Virus record (IMG/VR): IMGVR_UViG_3300020203_000013 | Coordinates: 1-64,000 of that record | Source of the DNA: a virus | DNA length: 64,000 bases | Strand: one strand, 5' to 3' | Shown: in pieces, positions 8,789 to 18,814 of the stretch | How positions within the stretch are numbered: position 1 is the first letter of the stretch | Layout of the letters: every line of letters begins with the position of its first letter | Position numbers and translations under genes: made by a program | Notes under the pieces: generated by a model | Seen by the model: the letters and a program-made list of their open reading frames with translations, nothing else | Told to the model about the DNA's origin: nothing | The model's database searches: none

Positions 8789-8819
8789 ATCTGAAATAAT
8801 AACTTAAGTAGTCAATTAT

Positions 8820-9107
8820 TTAATTGGAGGGGCTAACTTGAGAATACGGCATGAGTAGCATTTGACCGCTATTGCCGGATATTAGTAGGGCTGGATTTTC
8901 TGGAGAGCCTAGTTGAGTAACAGTGACTCCACCTAGCTTTTTAGTAACGTTACGTTTATAAATGGCTTTGATAATTCCTTTAGAGCTAGTTGTCGGGCCC
9001 CAAGCTACATTCTGACCTACCTTAAACCCAGCGGCAATAATCTTAATGGTTGTCTGGGCTAATTCAATCTTATTATCTAATAGTTCTAGCAGGTTATCAA
9101 TATCCAT
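8820..9107 (-). CDS. DUF2945/HVA1 (hypervirulence-associated Tudor-like) protein
   Basis: FKVGQNVAW...G.I..I...V...L.G..V...GSPENPALLI pattern. Confidence 0.65.
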   Translation of the reverse strand: MDIDNLLELLDNKIELAQTTIKIIAAGFKVGQNVAWGPTTSSKGIIKAIYKRNVTKKLGGVTVTQLGSPENPALLISGNSGQMLLMPYSQVSPSN

Positions 9108-9129
9108 GTAAATTATATAGTATTCTAGT

Positions 9130-9157
9130 TAAAGTTTTCAAGGTACTGTGTCGATAA
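9130..9157 (+). promoter_or_regulatory. sigma28 (FliA)-like promoter for the plus-strand island
   Basis: TAAAGTTT-N12-GTCGATAA, 7 nt before ATG at 9165 (near-leaderless). Confidence 0.65.
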
Positions 9158-9164
9158 AAAGAAT

Positions 9165-9452
9165 ATGAAATGGAACGTTGATACACTGTTAAAGGGTTAT
9201 TTTCACAAGGCTACTGTTGAGTGGGGCCAACCTGCTCAAATGTTGGTTGCAGTAGAGGAGATGGCTGAACTAACTAAAGAAATTGTAAAGAATTTAAATC
9301 GGGGCAAAGAGAATGAGGAAGAGATAATAGAAGAACTTTCTGATGTTATTATAATGTGTTTACAGTTAACTGAAATATATGGTGGACAGAAGGTTGAAGA
9401 TATGATAAATAAAAAATTAGAAAGATTTAAAGCTAGGATAGATAATATATGA
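9165..9452 (+). CDS. MazG-like NTP pyrophosphohydrolase
   Basis: EEMAEL...EELSDV motif. Confidence 0.85.
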   Translation: MKWNVDTLLKGYFHKATVEWGQPAQMLVAVEEMAELTKEIVKNLNRGKENEEEIIEELSDVIIMCLQLTEIYGGQKVEDMINKKLERFKARIDNI

Positions 9453-9835
9453 AAAACTTAACACTACTGACTCTAATTTTGCTGCTTAATTTTGCTACCG
9501 CTAATGCCGACTGTATTTCTGGGGCCAAAAATAAAACTGAGTTTAAATTAAGGTTTAATACGGGAGATATTCTCCTAACTGGAGGAATAGGTGATGATAT
9601 CTATGTTACTACCTATTCGCTAATATCACCAAACTCATCTCTCTCCGTGGTGGAAGATTCTTTCTGTAGTTTTGATAATAACGCTATACGAGTGGATGGA
9701 AGACTTATCTCGATAACCTCTGTATTTTATTTTAATCTTTCCGCTAGCAATGCTCAAGGGAACTACATACGTTTACAGAGTAGTTATAACACCCTAGTCG
9801 AATCTTATAATCTAAGTCTAAAAAGAATTAAATAG
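9449..9835 (+). CDS. Secreted hypothetical protein
   Basis: Signal peptide ending ANA-D; two Cys; ATGA overlap. Confidence 0.65.
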   Translation: MKNLTLLTLILLLNFATANADCISGAKNKTEFKLRFNTGDILLTGGIGDDIYVTTYSLISPNSSLSVVEDSFCSFDNNAIRVDGRLISITSVFYFNLSASNAQGNYIRLQSSYNTLVESYNLSLKRIK

Positions 9836-9878
9836 GTCATAAAATTTTAATATCAAATGGAAATGGTAGAAAATCTAT

Positions 9879-10088
9879 ATGAAGAGTCTACTAAGACGTG
9901 CCTTTCATATCTCATTAATAAGTCTTGCAGGTACTTCTATAAATATAATCCTAATTAGTTTTTATACTAAGTTAGTTCCTGACTTACATTTACTTTTAGA
10001 TATACCTACCTTAATAGTTATAGTGTTAATATCTATAGAGATATCCGTTAAGTCAATAGATGTCATCTTTACTAAGAAGGATTTTTAA
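9879..10088 (+). CDS. Small two-helix membrane protein
   Basis: Two hydrophobic segments. Confidence 0.5.
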   Translation: MKSLLRRAFHISLISLAGTSINIILISFYTKLVPDLHLLLDIPTLIVIVLISIEISVKSIDVIFTKKDF

Positions 10089-10224
10089 TTATGGATCTTA
10101 AGGTGTCGGTAAAATAAAACCCTCAGTGTGTTGGATAAGACATATTTAACTGTTCAGGTAATAATTTTAGTATCTATTCTAGCTTAATAGAGTTATTATA
10201 TTTTTAGATAAAAGACTAATGTAA

Positions 10225-11769
10225 TTAACTGAAGTCGTAGAAAATACGATAAACAATTGAAGGATTAGATCCAGTTTCTAATGCATCTAGCCTAATAGCT
10301 AAGTGAATAAAATCCGTGGTCATTTCCCCAGGAGCTACCCCAACTGCAATAGAGTCTAGAGCCGTAGATACTTCTGGCATGTTGTCTTCTGTAGAAAAAA
10401 GATATGCAGGAGGTACGTCAGACGATAGGTCTGTACTGCCTACTACTGCTTTTCTCCACTCAGTCCCATCTGATGCAGGATTTCCTCTTCCAGAGAAGCC
10501 TACAGCGAATTTAGTTCCGTTTCCGCCAGCATAGTGGTTCTGCGCGGTGCCATTAGAGTTTAATCCAAATCGAGGGCTAGATAAAACCGTTGCTCCGCTG
10601 AGGAGATCAAACCAAACCGATTTAGTAGAGCTGTAGGTGGAAACAGTAACTGCCCCAAAATTTAAAACCGTTACTCCTATTGTAGTTGGAACTGGTCCAC
10701 CTGCAATAATTTCAAATCTATCTCTTCTAGTTAAGTTACCTGAGTTAGAGAATGCAATGGTTAGTCCTTTATTTCCAACTGCGGTTCCAGTTACCTGGGA
10801 AACAGTTGAAGCGGAAGATTTACCTTCTCTTAGGCTAGACCAATGGTATCTTGCTGTTCCAACAGCTGAAGATGTTACAGCACCTGAAGAAAATTGTATA
10901 GCTGAACATGTAATTCCAAATAAATCACTATTACCAAATGGGCTGTCTGTAAATCTAATTCGTAACCCTCTTGAGCCTACTGCATAGAAATAATCCGAAT
11001 ACAGTAATTGAACGGCTGCACCTGAGTTATCACCTGATGTAGATGTCCAAGTCATTGTAGGAACGTTTCCAGCTCCGTTATTCATTACTGAGCCTGCGGC
11101 TGTATTAATAGTAACTGTATAAGTTTCATCAAAGGCTTCATTCCATGATCCTGTTGAAGTGCCAGAACCTGTGTAAACGTTTCCGCCTGTCCCAGATACT
11201 ACACCTATTGGGTGAACTGTTCCTACAAGTACTGTATAAATATCTGTAAACTGTCCTTTATAGACTCCACTTAAAGATACTTGTCCAGTAAAAGATCCGT
11301 TATTAGCTGAAGCTAACCCGTTAACTGTATTTACAGTTAAAGATCCGCCTTGCGAAGCTGCCATTCCTAGTAAATGTAAACAATCGTTAGATCCATTATC
11401 TACAGCTACTGTAGAGGCTGTACCTAAAGTACTTGACCAAATTCTAAATTTATTATTTAAATATTCAACTCTACAGTTATCAAATTCTGTTTGAGGTAGT
11501 TGTTTTAGTTTCCATTCAATGTCTCTAGCAACTGCTCTAGCATCCATTGTGGACCCAGAGGTTAGAGTTATTTGCTGTAAAGCATTTCCATCTATAGCTA
11601 CTTGCATTTGATCAGCCGCGCCAGCGGTAATAGTAAACGTCCCTGAAGTAGCTGTCGAAGCTTCTACATATCCCCTAGATCCTGTACCACTAACTGTTTG
11701 ATTAGTGGCATGGGAATAGGTAGTATCTGTGTTAGGATCGAAATAGCACCAACGTGAAATGGACGGCAT
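10225..11769 (-). CDS. Virion structural protein (beta-rich, G/S/T-rich)
   Basis: Composition, GGAG RBS, two TACTAT motifs upstream, last gene of structural block. Confidence 0.65.
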   Translation of the reverse strand: MPSISRWCYFDPNTDTTYSHATNQTVSGTGSRGYVEASTATSGTFTITAGAADQMQVAIDGNALQQITLTSGSTMDARAVARDIEWKLKQLPQTEFDNCRVEYLNNKFRIWSSTLGTASTVAVDNGSNDCLHLLGMAASQGGSLTVNTVNGLASANNGSFTGQVSLSGVYKGQFTDIYTVLVGTVHPIGVVSGTGGNVYTGSGTSTGSWNEAFDETYTVTINTAAGSVMNNGAGNVPTMTWTSTSGDNSGAAVQLLYSDYFYAVGSRGLRIRFTDSPFGNSDLFGITCSAIQFSSGAVTSSAVGTARYHWSSLREGKSSASTVSQVTGTAVGNKGLTIAFSNSGNLTRRDRFEIIAGGPVPTTIGVTVLNFGAVTVSTYSSTKSVWFDLLSGATVLSSPRFGLNSNGTAQNHYAGGNGTKFAVGFSGRGNPASDGTEWRKAVVGSTDLSSDVPPAYLFSTEDNMPEVSTALDSIAVGVAPGEMTTDFIHLAIRLDALETGSNPSIVYRIFYDFS

Positions 11770-11854
11770 AATTTATAAAACTCCTCATGTATAAAATAGT
11801 ACAAGTCGTACCATAGTAATCTTTAGATCTATATTAGTTAAATAGTCCTAAATA

Positions 11855-13759
11855 CTAATTATTAGAGATATTAAATTTGTAAGGGTATATTAACTTATTA
11901 CCTGCAAAATCACTTACTTCTAAGACTAAATTCATAGTCTTACCATACTCATAAAATGGATTGTTTGAAGTAAGATTAGCTATTAGGTTGCCAGTTATGA
12001 TGTCTATACCTGTTATTTCAGCACTTAAGTTGTTTTTTGGCATAGAAACGGTTTTAAAGGAAGTTACCATCTTAGTGTCCTCTTGAGTATCCCCTACATC
12101 ACTTACCTTAATGGCTACTGTTATATCTGTGTCATAAGTTAGGTTATTATCAGGATCGTAACAATATTCAGCCCCCCACAGAAGTTCTGAGTAGAAATCC
12201 CTATAAACGGTATTTCCAGACACTAAGGTCTCTTGAACTACGTGAAACTGTAAATCTGCATCAGTTAGGTAGTTCGGGGTTAGCTGGAAAAATATATCAT
12301 ATTCAATTCCAGAAATTACAGGAACTATGGATACCCCTGATAAGGTTTGTCCATTTAAATTTATATAAGAACCTGAAGCACTAATACCCAGACCATTAAA
12401 GTTATAAAACTTTGTTTTAAAATTGTTAGACCCTGTAACAGTAGTATAGGACTGTAACAGATTTAAGTCGGTATAAACTGCATCTATTTCTATCTGTAGT
12501 CCTGATATAGATAGGTGACTATTAGTTAGTGTTAGGAAGCTAGAGCTATAAGTTAAGTAGTTAGGGGCTGGTACATATAAATCACTTGCTCCTACTTCTA
12601 TATTAATTACTTCCTGAGGGCCGAACAAGTTATCTGGATTAATTAAATAACTTCTTCCTCTTCCTCCACTTATGTTTGTAATAGATAATGCATAGTCATT
12701 ATTTATTAGAGCGCCAGCTGAAATTACAACCTCATCTTCAATAGTGATATTTACAGAATTATAATCTAGTCCAGTATGCTCATCTACTATGTCTATTTGA
12801 ATATTAGTATCAAATCCTACCTGAGTTTGTAAGTGAGTTGGAGTTATGAAAGAAATAAAAGGACTTTGGCTATCTGGTAGTCCTAAAATGGTCGCACCCA
12901 GATTGCCTTGGTCCCAAACTTTGTAGTTATAATTAAATAACGATAAGTTGCCTGATGGAGCTGTCGTATCTCTGGCTTGCCCTGAGACGGTTACAAAGCT
13001 TCCTAAATTGAAAGTTCCTGATGGAGTAAAAGTAAATTGATAAAAACTAGGACTAACTTGTGTAAAAGTTGTTAAACCAATCCCTGATGGGGATATTGCC
13101 AATCCTGAGTTTACTACTTGAATTCCATTTACATAAAAACTTACACTTGTATTGTTTATTGAAGTTAACTCTTGGTCTTTTAAATCAAAAGATATCCCAG
13201 CAAAAGGGTTATTATATGTAGATCCGCTACTAGGTATTATATTAAATAACCTTGGTCCACTTACGTCTTCTGCTACTGCACTTATCGTAGTAACAAACCC
13301 ACCAGTTGCTGTAGCTAAAAAAGTGCCAACCTCTGAGTGGTATTTAGAATACCCCAAAACATTTATATTATTAATAATGGAGTTAAAGTGCTGAGACCCT
13401 ATTAAGGATAATATAACTTTATTAGGATTTTCTGATGGATGTAAGTCTCCTACCACAGCCCTTAAAGATAAGTTTGCTATGGACTCTGTAAAGTCTTGTA
13501 CCTGTATATTTAATATCTTAGTAGGTTCATAAGAGGCTAGGGCTGATATGTTATACTTTAATGAGTTGCTGTCTACAATTACTGTAAAAAAACTATCAGG
13601 TGCTTCAAAAGATGCATAGGCAGATAAATTGTTAACTACAGCCTCTTCAATAGTTTGGAAGGTTCCGATTTGAGTTTTACCTCTAAATCTAGAATTAAAA
13701 GTTCCTATACCTGTAACTGAAGAGTAACTACTTAAACTTATAGAAGATGTAATAGGCAT
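11855..13759 (-). CDS. Virion protein with repeated Ig-like (SbsA/Big-like) domains
   Basis: Repeated D..P.I....P.......I...I.D...G.D..S.....G units. Confidence 0.6.
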   Translation of the reverse strand: MPITSSISLSSYSSVTGIGTFNSRFRGKTQIGTFQTIEEAVVNNLSAYASFEAPDSFFTVIVDSNSLKYNISALASYEPTKILNIQVQDFTESIANLSLRAVVGDLHPSENPNKVILSLIGSQHFNSIINNINVLGYSKYHSEVGTFLATATGGFVTTISAVAEDVSGPRLFNIIPSSGSTYNNPFAGISFDLKDQELTSINNTSVSFYVNGIQVVNSGLAISPSGIGLTTFTQVSPSFYQFTFTPSGTFNLGSFVTVSGQARDTTAPSGNLSLFNYNYKVWDQGNLGATILGLPDSQSPFISFITPTHLQTQVGFDTNIQIDIVDEHTGLDYNSVNITIEDEVVISAGALINNDYALSITNISGGRGRSYLINPDNLFGPQEVINIEVGASDLYVPAPNYLTYSSSFLTLTNSHLSISGLQIEIDAVYTDLNLLQSYTTVTGSNNFKTKFYNFNGLGISASGSYINLNGQTLSGVSIVPVISGIEYDIFFQLTPNYLTDADLQFHVVQETLVSGNTVYRDFYSELLWGAEYCYDPDNNLTYDTDITVAIKVSDVGDTQEDTKMVTSFKTVSMPKNNLSAEITGIDIITGNLIANLTSNNPFYEYGKTMNLVLEVSDFAGNKLIYPYKFNISNN

Positions 13760-13768
13760 TTCATTAGG

Positions 13769-16378
13769 TTAATCCGAAACTGTAACTTGTACTTGAATCG
13801 CACCCGCTGTATTGCCTACCGTTAGAGCAGTAGTTGCCACACCGCTTGCGTTAGTAGTTGCGGTTGGAGGGGCTACTACGGAGTCCCCTTGAATAACTTG
13901 AAAGTTAACTGATTTACCTGCTAGAACTTCTCCCCAAGAATTGATTACTTCTGCGGTAATGTTTCCAATCTCACCTGTTCCTGCCTGTAAGTTATAGTTA
14001 TCTATGTTTACAGAGGTAAATGCTGTAATGTTTGGGTCTAAGTTAAACTGTAATAACTCTGCATTAGATGAGATACTGTAAGTTAAACTTGGAGCCGTAG
14101 TCCAGCTTGTTCTAGGAGTTAGAGGTGTATTAATTAAGTTGCCTGAGATAACAGGACCAGCTAAGTTTAATACAGTATTATTAGGAATTGCGGTTACTAT
14201 GTATGTTCCAGCATTTGAAGCTGTCGAGACGGTGCATAGGTCTCCCTTTTTAACGTTTAAAGTGTTAAAGTTTTTAGTAACATCAGTAAAGCTTTGGGAT
14301 GCTGAGACTACAGCTCCAGCTGTTCCTGTAGTTTTAACGGAATTAAGTCCTGCATTTCCGTTCTTTCTTAAGTAAAATAAACTAGTCCCGTCATTTGCTA
14401 ATGTATAAAATTGATATGGAACTCCATCTGAGGTTTTAACTTCATTGTAGTCAGGGACCTCAAGGAACGCCTGTCTCGTCTGAACTGTTGGAGGGTTAGT
14501 ATCATTTAGAGTCTTCAATCTAATCTCTCCAAGAAAATCATCAAACTCGATATACCCTAAAAATCCTCCAGACTCTTCACTGAAGTGAAAACTTGATATT
14601 CCGAAAGATGGGACAATTCCCGCCGAGGTAGTAGTCACTCCACTTCCAGGAGGTGTGAGTACTCCTGTCAAGTTAGTTGATCCTGAGAAGGTGTAAATTT
14701 TATCAAATACTTTTAAATATACGTCATCTGCCCCATTCACTGCAAATTGAACTGCTCCAAATGGTATTTGATTATACGCAGTTACTCCATTAGAAGCTAA
14801 TACATCTAAACCAGATATAATGTTATTTGTAACTTGAGCTTGATTGTTTATTCTCTCTACAGTTAATACTGGGTAATTAGAATAAGAATGATCACCAGAT
14901 GTTTTATCAAAATTATCCGCCGTAATATTCATAGCACCAGTTGTGGTTGCAAATAACTGACTCTTAACTGGATTAGATGTTAGGGTCTCATCAAAAAGGG
15001 CGGAATTAGACGAGGTGTAAAAGTTGGAAGCAGACTTCTGTAAGTTTATTGTTCCACTAGCACTTGCTCTGGTATCTGTCTCATAATCTACTATAAAGTT
15101 AATATTGTTATTTATTGCTACGTTTTCTGTAGCTAGTATTTCAAAATTAATATGGGAGTTTAAATAAGTTGTGATATATCCAGTAGCTGTAATTGAAGGT
15201 TGAGATCCGTTTATTGATCCTACTACTGAGAACAGTTTGTTTGCTCCAGAGGCTCCCGTATAAGTTACGGTCCAGGTTTCAGCTCCAGATTGAACTGTAC
15301 GTAATGTTGCTCTTAATCTTCTTAGATCGAAACTACCACCCGTATTATTTGAATAAGATTTGACGGCGGCTTTGTAGAAGTTACTTCCCCCGCGAGAGGT
15401 TACTCCAACACCATATATAAGGTTCTGATTGACTTGATCTACTGCATGTAAACCAAAAAAAGAACTTGATCCAGTAAGTGTAACTGCATTAAAATCAACC
15501 TGCCATTGAAAACTTGAACCAGTATAATCGGCATTAGAGGTTAAAGACCCTACCCCTGAGGTAGTTGAAAAAACTAAATTATTATTAGATATAGATCTAA
15601 AGAATGAAGAGTCTATGAAGTCTTCTGTCCACCTAATAGAGTCAAAAGAACTAGATCCAGAGGGTGTAGAAAAATTATCATCTGGGTTAAATAAGTCTGA
15701 AGTTATATTTCTATACCTTACAGAGTAATAACGTCCATTAGCTGGATTGTAACACATATCGATAAGCTGAGCTTGTTCAGCTGTAAAACTAGACTTCTGA
15801 ACTCCATCGGTTCCGTAGTATACTACGTTACTTTTTGGGTATGAATCTCCAACTATAATCTCTGAAATAGTGTTATAGGCTTCTACTGGAGTAGCTAAAG
15901 AGATTCTAATCTCCTGTAAGGATGTGTTGGCAAAATTTAATGTATGCTCGTATTGAGCCGGACTCAGGTCGTTTCTAAAAGTCGTTACTCTACTTGTTAC
16001 AGTTATACTAGCAGAGTTAGTAGCTAAGGTAATAGCATTTAAAGAGGCTGAGATTATTTCTTGAGAGCTATAAAGCTTGACCTTATTTATTACAATAGGC
16101 CTTGAACATTTAATTCTATAAACGTAGGTTAAAGCATTAGTACTAGGAGAAGTATATAGACCATCTGTTAGATATCTTGCTACGTCATACTCCCTAGGAT
16201 TTAAAGTTGCTGGGTTGGTAACAAAGATTCTTGCAGCTTCCGTAACTTCAAAATACTGAAGTCTACATTTTAAAATATCAGTACCATTGTGGAACAGTCT
16301 GTCGATTCTATCATTATTGATAGTTTCAAAAGTGACACTAGTATTCGCTGGGGATAATTGATCTTGTTGTACTGGCAT
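13769..16378 (-). CDS. Tail/fibre-associated protein with C-terminal Big_1 (invasin-type Ig) domain
   Basis: C-terminal V.N.WG..L.GK.V.F...TTNASGVATT. Confidence 0.65.
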   Translation of the reverse strand: MPVQQDQLSPANTSVTFETINNDRIDRLFHNGTDILKCRLQYFEVTEAARIFVTNPATLNPREYDVARYLTDGLYTSPSTNALTYVYRIKCSRPIVINKVKLYSSQEIISASLNAITLATNSASITVTSRVTTFRNDLSPAQYEHTLNFANTSLQEIRISLATPVEAYNTISEIIVGDSYPKSNVVYYGTDGVQKSSFTAEQAQLIDMCYNPANGRYYSVRYRNITSDLFNPDDNFSTPSGSSSFDSIRWTEDFIDSSFFRSISNNNLVFSTTSGVGSLTSNADYTGSSFQWQVDFNAVTLTGSSSFFGLHAVDQVNQNLIYGVGVTSRGGSNFYKAAVKSYSNNTGGSFDLRRLRATLRTVQSGAETWTVTYTGASGANKLFSVVGSINGSQPSITATGYITTYLNSHINFEILATENVAINNNINFIVDYETDTRASASGTINLQKSASNFYTSSNSALFDETLTSNPVKSQLFATTTGAMNITADNFDKTSGDHSYSNYPVLTVERINNQAQVTNNIISGLDVLASNGVTAYNQIPFGAVQFAVNGADDVYLKVFDKIYTFSGSTNLTGVLTPPGSGVTTTSAGIVPSFGISSFHFSEESGGFLGYIEFDDFLGEIRLKTLNDTNPPTVQTRQAFLEVPDYNEVKTSDGVPYQFYTLANDGTSLFYLRKNGNAGLNSVKTTGTAGAVVSASQSFTDVTKNFNTLNVKKGDLCTVSTASNAGTYIVTAIPNNTVLNLAGPVISGNLINTPLTPRTSWTTAPSLTYSISSNAELLQFNLDPNITAFTSVNIDNYNLQAGTGEIGNITAEVINSWGEVLAGKSVNFQVIQGDSVVAPPTATTNASGVATTALTVGNTAGAIQVQVTVSD

Positions 16379-18754
16379 TTAAGTTTTTCTATAAACCTTT
16401 GGATTAATTACATACGTTACGTCTTTGCCATCAACATTAAACTCCAAAGAATCTAGGTTGATGCCGTCTTCAAGACCGAAAGCTTCAACACAAAAATTAG
16501 TATCCAATGGAACTAGTTTATCGCATGACTCTGGGTCTACATTAGTAAATAGTACTCCTGAAGAGTCTTTAATATTAAAATTCCATACTCCTAGGGTCTT
16601 ATTACCACTATCGTCAGATACTAGGATTGATGCCCCTATTTGGGACTTATAAAAGTAAGTGCTATCTGTTTGGTAGGAAACTTTGAACTTCTGGTTCCCT
16701 AGATCTTCAATTGTTGGTGCAATCAACTTACCTTCTATGAACATCTGGATTGAATTTAGGTCTACAGATGTCTCCAAGTCCTGGATAATAGCATATACCT
16801 CTGTCAGTGGCAAGTTGTCTACAGACTGATCTGGAGGGTAAAATTCTAGTATTATTGGCTTTTTAAGGTCTGGAACTATACCAAAGGTGTAATAAGTAGA
16901 GACTGTTCTAGGAATTAAAGCTGTATCGTCTATACTAATCTCCACTGTAACCGTGGACGCATAGGAAAAGTTTAATATTGGGTTATAAAATAACTCTAGT
17001 CCTGCCCCGAAGGAAGTGATTACAACTTGACTAGTTACGTTAATTCCATTGACTTTAAAAATCAAAGTTGAAGAGTTTAAAGGCGTAGACCCGAATCCAA
17101 TAATCCTGACTAGAATGTTAGTATTCACTGGGTTTTTAATGCTATACGGTAGAGGTAATGCAAAGATTAAAAAATCGTATTGAGTTACGATTGTAGTTTC
17201 TTCTATAGTCCCATCTTGTTGTATTAAAGTAGTTTGCGCTAGTAAGGGATCTTGCTGAACTAACACTACTGATTCCTCTAAGTACTGCTCTACAGTAGTT
17301 ATTTGGTTAGGTATCGTAGACTGCTCTATTGGAAAGGAGTTACTAGTCGCCCCCTGCTCTAGGTTAGTTAGACTTGATAGACTGTCCTGTACAACAAAAC
17401 AGGCTGTTGGGGAGGTCTGTCTTTGCTCTACTGTAGAGGAGCCTGGTGCTGAGGGTAACTGATCGACGGCTATGTTAGCCCTAAACAATGTTCCTAAGTC
17501 AATTGCGGTTACCGTGGGTTGTCTAAAAGTTGGTGTAATTCCTGAGTTATATCTAGTATTTCCATTTCCGCTAACATTTGTAGTAAAGGACGTAAGTCCA
17601 GGAGTAATAAAGCCAGAAGGATCATCGTCATTTACTGAAAAAGATCTACCAAAAATTGAAACATTGTATTGATCTCTTACATTTATAGTTAAATCTGCTG
17701 TAGCACTTATACCAAATAGAACGGATATATTCCTTTGTGCAGTTATACTACTTACTTTTGGAGTAATTAACTCCTGCTCAATATCTAGTTTATCACTAGT
17801 AGATGTTACATCAGAGTATATGAAACTTATGGTATCAAATTGGTGCTGTTTACTTTGTAGTTTATAAACATTACTAGCGTCTATTTCTATATCTTCTACT
17901 TTTATTATAGTTTGATTATCTACTTCTACATTATTTAGTATAGCAGAGTTTTGATAACCAGTGTTAGCCCCGAAAAGCTTATACCTTAATAGTTGAAAAT
18001 TTCTAACAAAGCATAGGTTACCTGAGTTAAATGTGGCGGCGGTAACATGTTTCCACTCAGTACTACTATAAGTCGAAACTATAGATCCATCATAAGAGTT
18101 TATCTGTATAAGACTTCCAGTTTCTGATGCTAAATGTTTATCATTAAAAAACCATAAGTTTCTGCGATATATTACCTTGTCGTTATTATTAAAATTAACC
18201 CCCAAAGGTGCGTTTAGAGTTATATTATTTCCAGCTATACCCGTTATTGTTCTTTCAATTATTTCCCCCGAACTTGCTGTAGAAGGGCCGATGTAGAGGG
18301 ACATTCCTAGTTCTAAAAACTGGGTTGAAGAAATCGGTATAATAGTGTCGGTAGCAATCTTTGAACTTGTTAAGTTAGTTACATACCTCTCTGCTGAAAA
18401 AGCTTGTCCACTGTAAGTAGTTAAACCTGCATTAAGTAGGATTATCTCATCTCCAGGACTTATTTGTTTGATTAAATTACTACCACTAAGTAACCATTTA
18501 GTAATACTTACTCCTAAAGTTCCCCCAGCCCCTAGCTTACTCAAGGCATAAAAATAGAATCCGTCATACTCTAAAGACTCTACTTGATTAAATATACCTA
18601 CATTTAAAGGGATAGTAGCTACTAAGGTACCTGCTAAAGTCTTTACGGTCATTACATCTGTTGAGCTGTCTATGGAGTAAGCCCGACCTGCTACAGGTCC
18701 AAAGGAAAAATTTGGAGAGGTTTGCTCAAGGGCTATGTTTGAAAAAGCGACCAT
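16379..18754 (-). CDS. Tail-associated protein: N-terminal part paralogous to 20294-21589, central [VIL]xQ repeats, C-terminal Ig-like domains
   Basis: Shared motifs IGPST and VRDQ; repeats visible in translation. Confidence 0.65.
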   Translation of the reverse strand: MVAFSNIALEQTSPNFSFGPVAGRAYSIDSSTDVMTVKTLAGTLVATIPLNVGIFNQVESLEYDGFYFYALSKLGAGGTLGVSITKWLLSGSNLIKQISPGDEIILLNAGLTTYSGQAFSAERYVTNLTSSKIATDTIIPISSTQFLELGMSLYIGPSTASSGEIIERTITGIAGNNITLNAPLGVNFNNNDKVIYRRNLWFFNDKHLASETGSLIQINSYDGSIVSTYSSTEWKHVTAATFNSGNLCFVRNFQLLRYKLFGANTGYQNSAILNNVEVDNQTIIKVEDIEIDASNVYKLQSKQHQFDTISFIYSDVTSTSDKLDIEQELITPKVSSITAQRNISVLFGISATADLTINVRDQYNVSIFGRSFSVNDDDPSGFITPGLTSFTTNVSGNGNTRYNSGITPTFRQPTVTAIDLGTLFRANIAVDQLPSAPGSSTVEQRQTSPTACFVVQDSLSSLTNLEQGATSNSFPIEQSTIPNQITTVEQYLEESVVLVQQDPLLAQTTLIQQDGTIEETTIVTQYDFLIFALPLPYSIKNPVNTNILVRIIGFGSTPLNSSTLIFKVNGINVTSQVVITSFGAGLELFYNPILNFSYASTVTVEISIDDTALIPRTVSTYYTFGIVPDLKKPIILEFYPPDQSVDNLPLTEVYAIIQDLETSVDLNSIQMFIEGKLIAPTIEDLGNQKFKVSYQTDSTYFYKSQIGASILVSDDSGNKTLGVWNFNIKDSSGVLFTNVDPESCDKLVPLDTNFCVEAFGLEDGINLDSLEFNVDGKDVTYVINPKVYRKT

Positions 18755-18814
18755 AATTTAATACTTTCTATGTACCATAGTACACCTAACCCTCTGTAAA
18801 AACTGAGATTTTTA

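Noticed and set aside
10089-10224. Possible degraded small membrane ORF or ncRNA in the convergent gap
   Set aside because: Only short hydrophobic fragments broken by stops; the GTCGGTAA element lacks a matching -35; insufficient support
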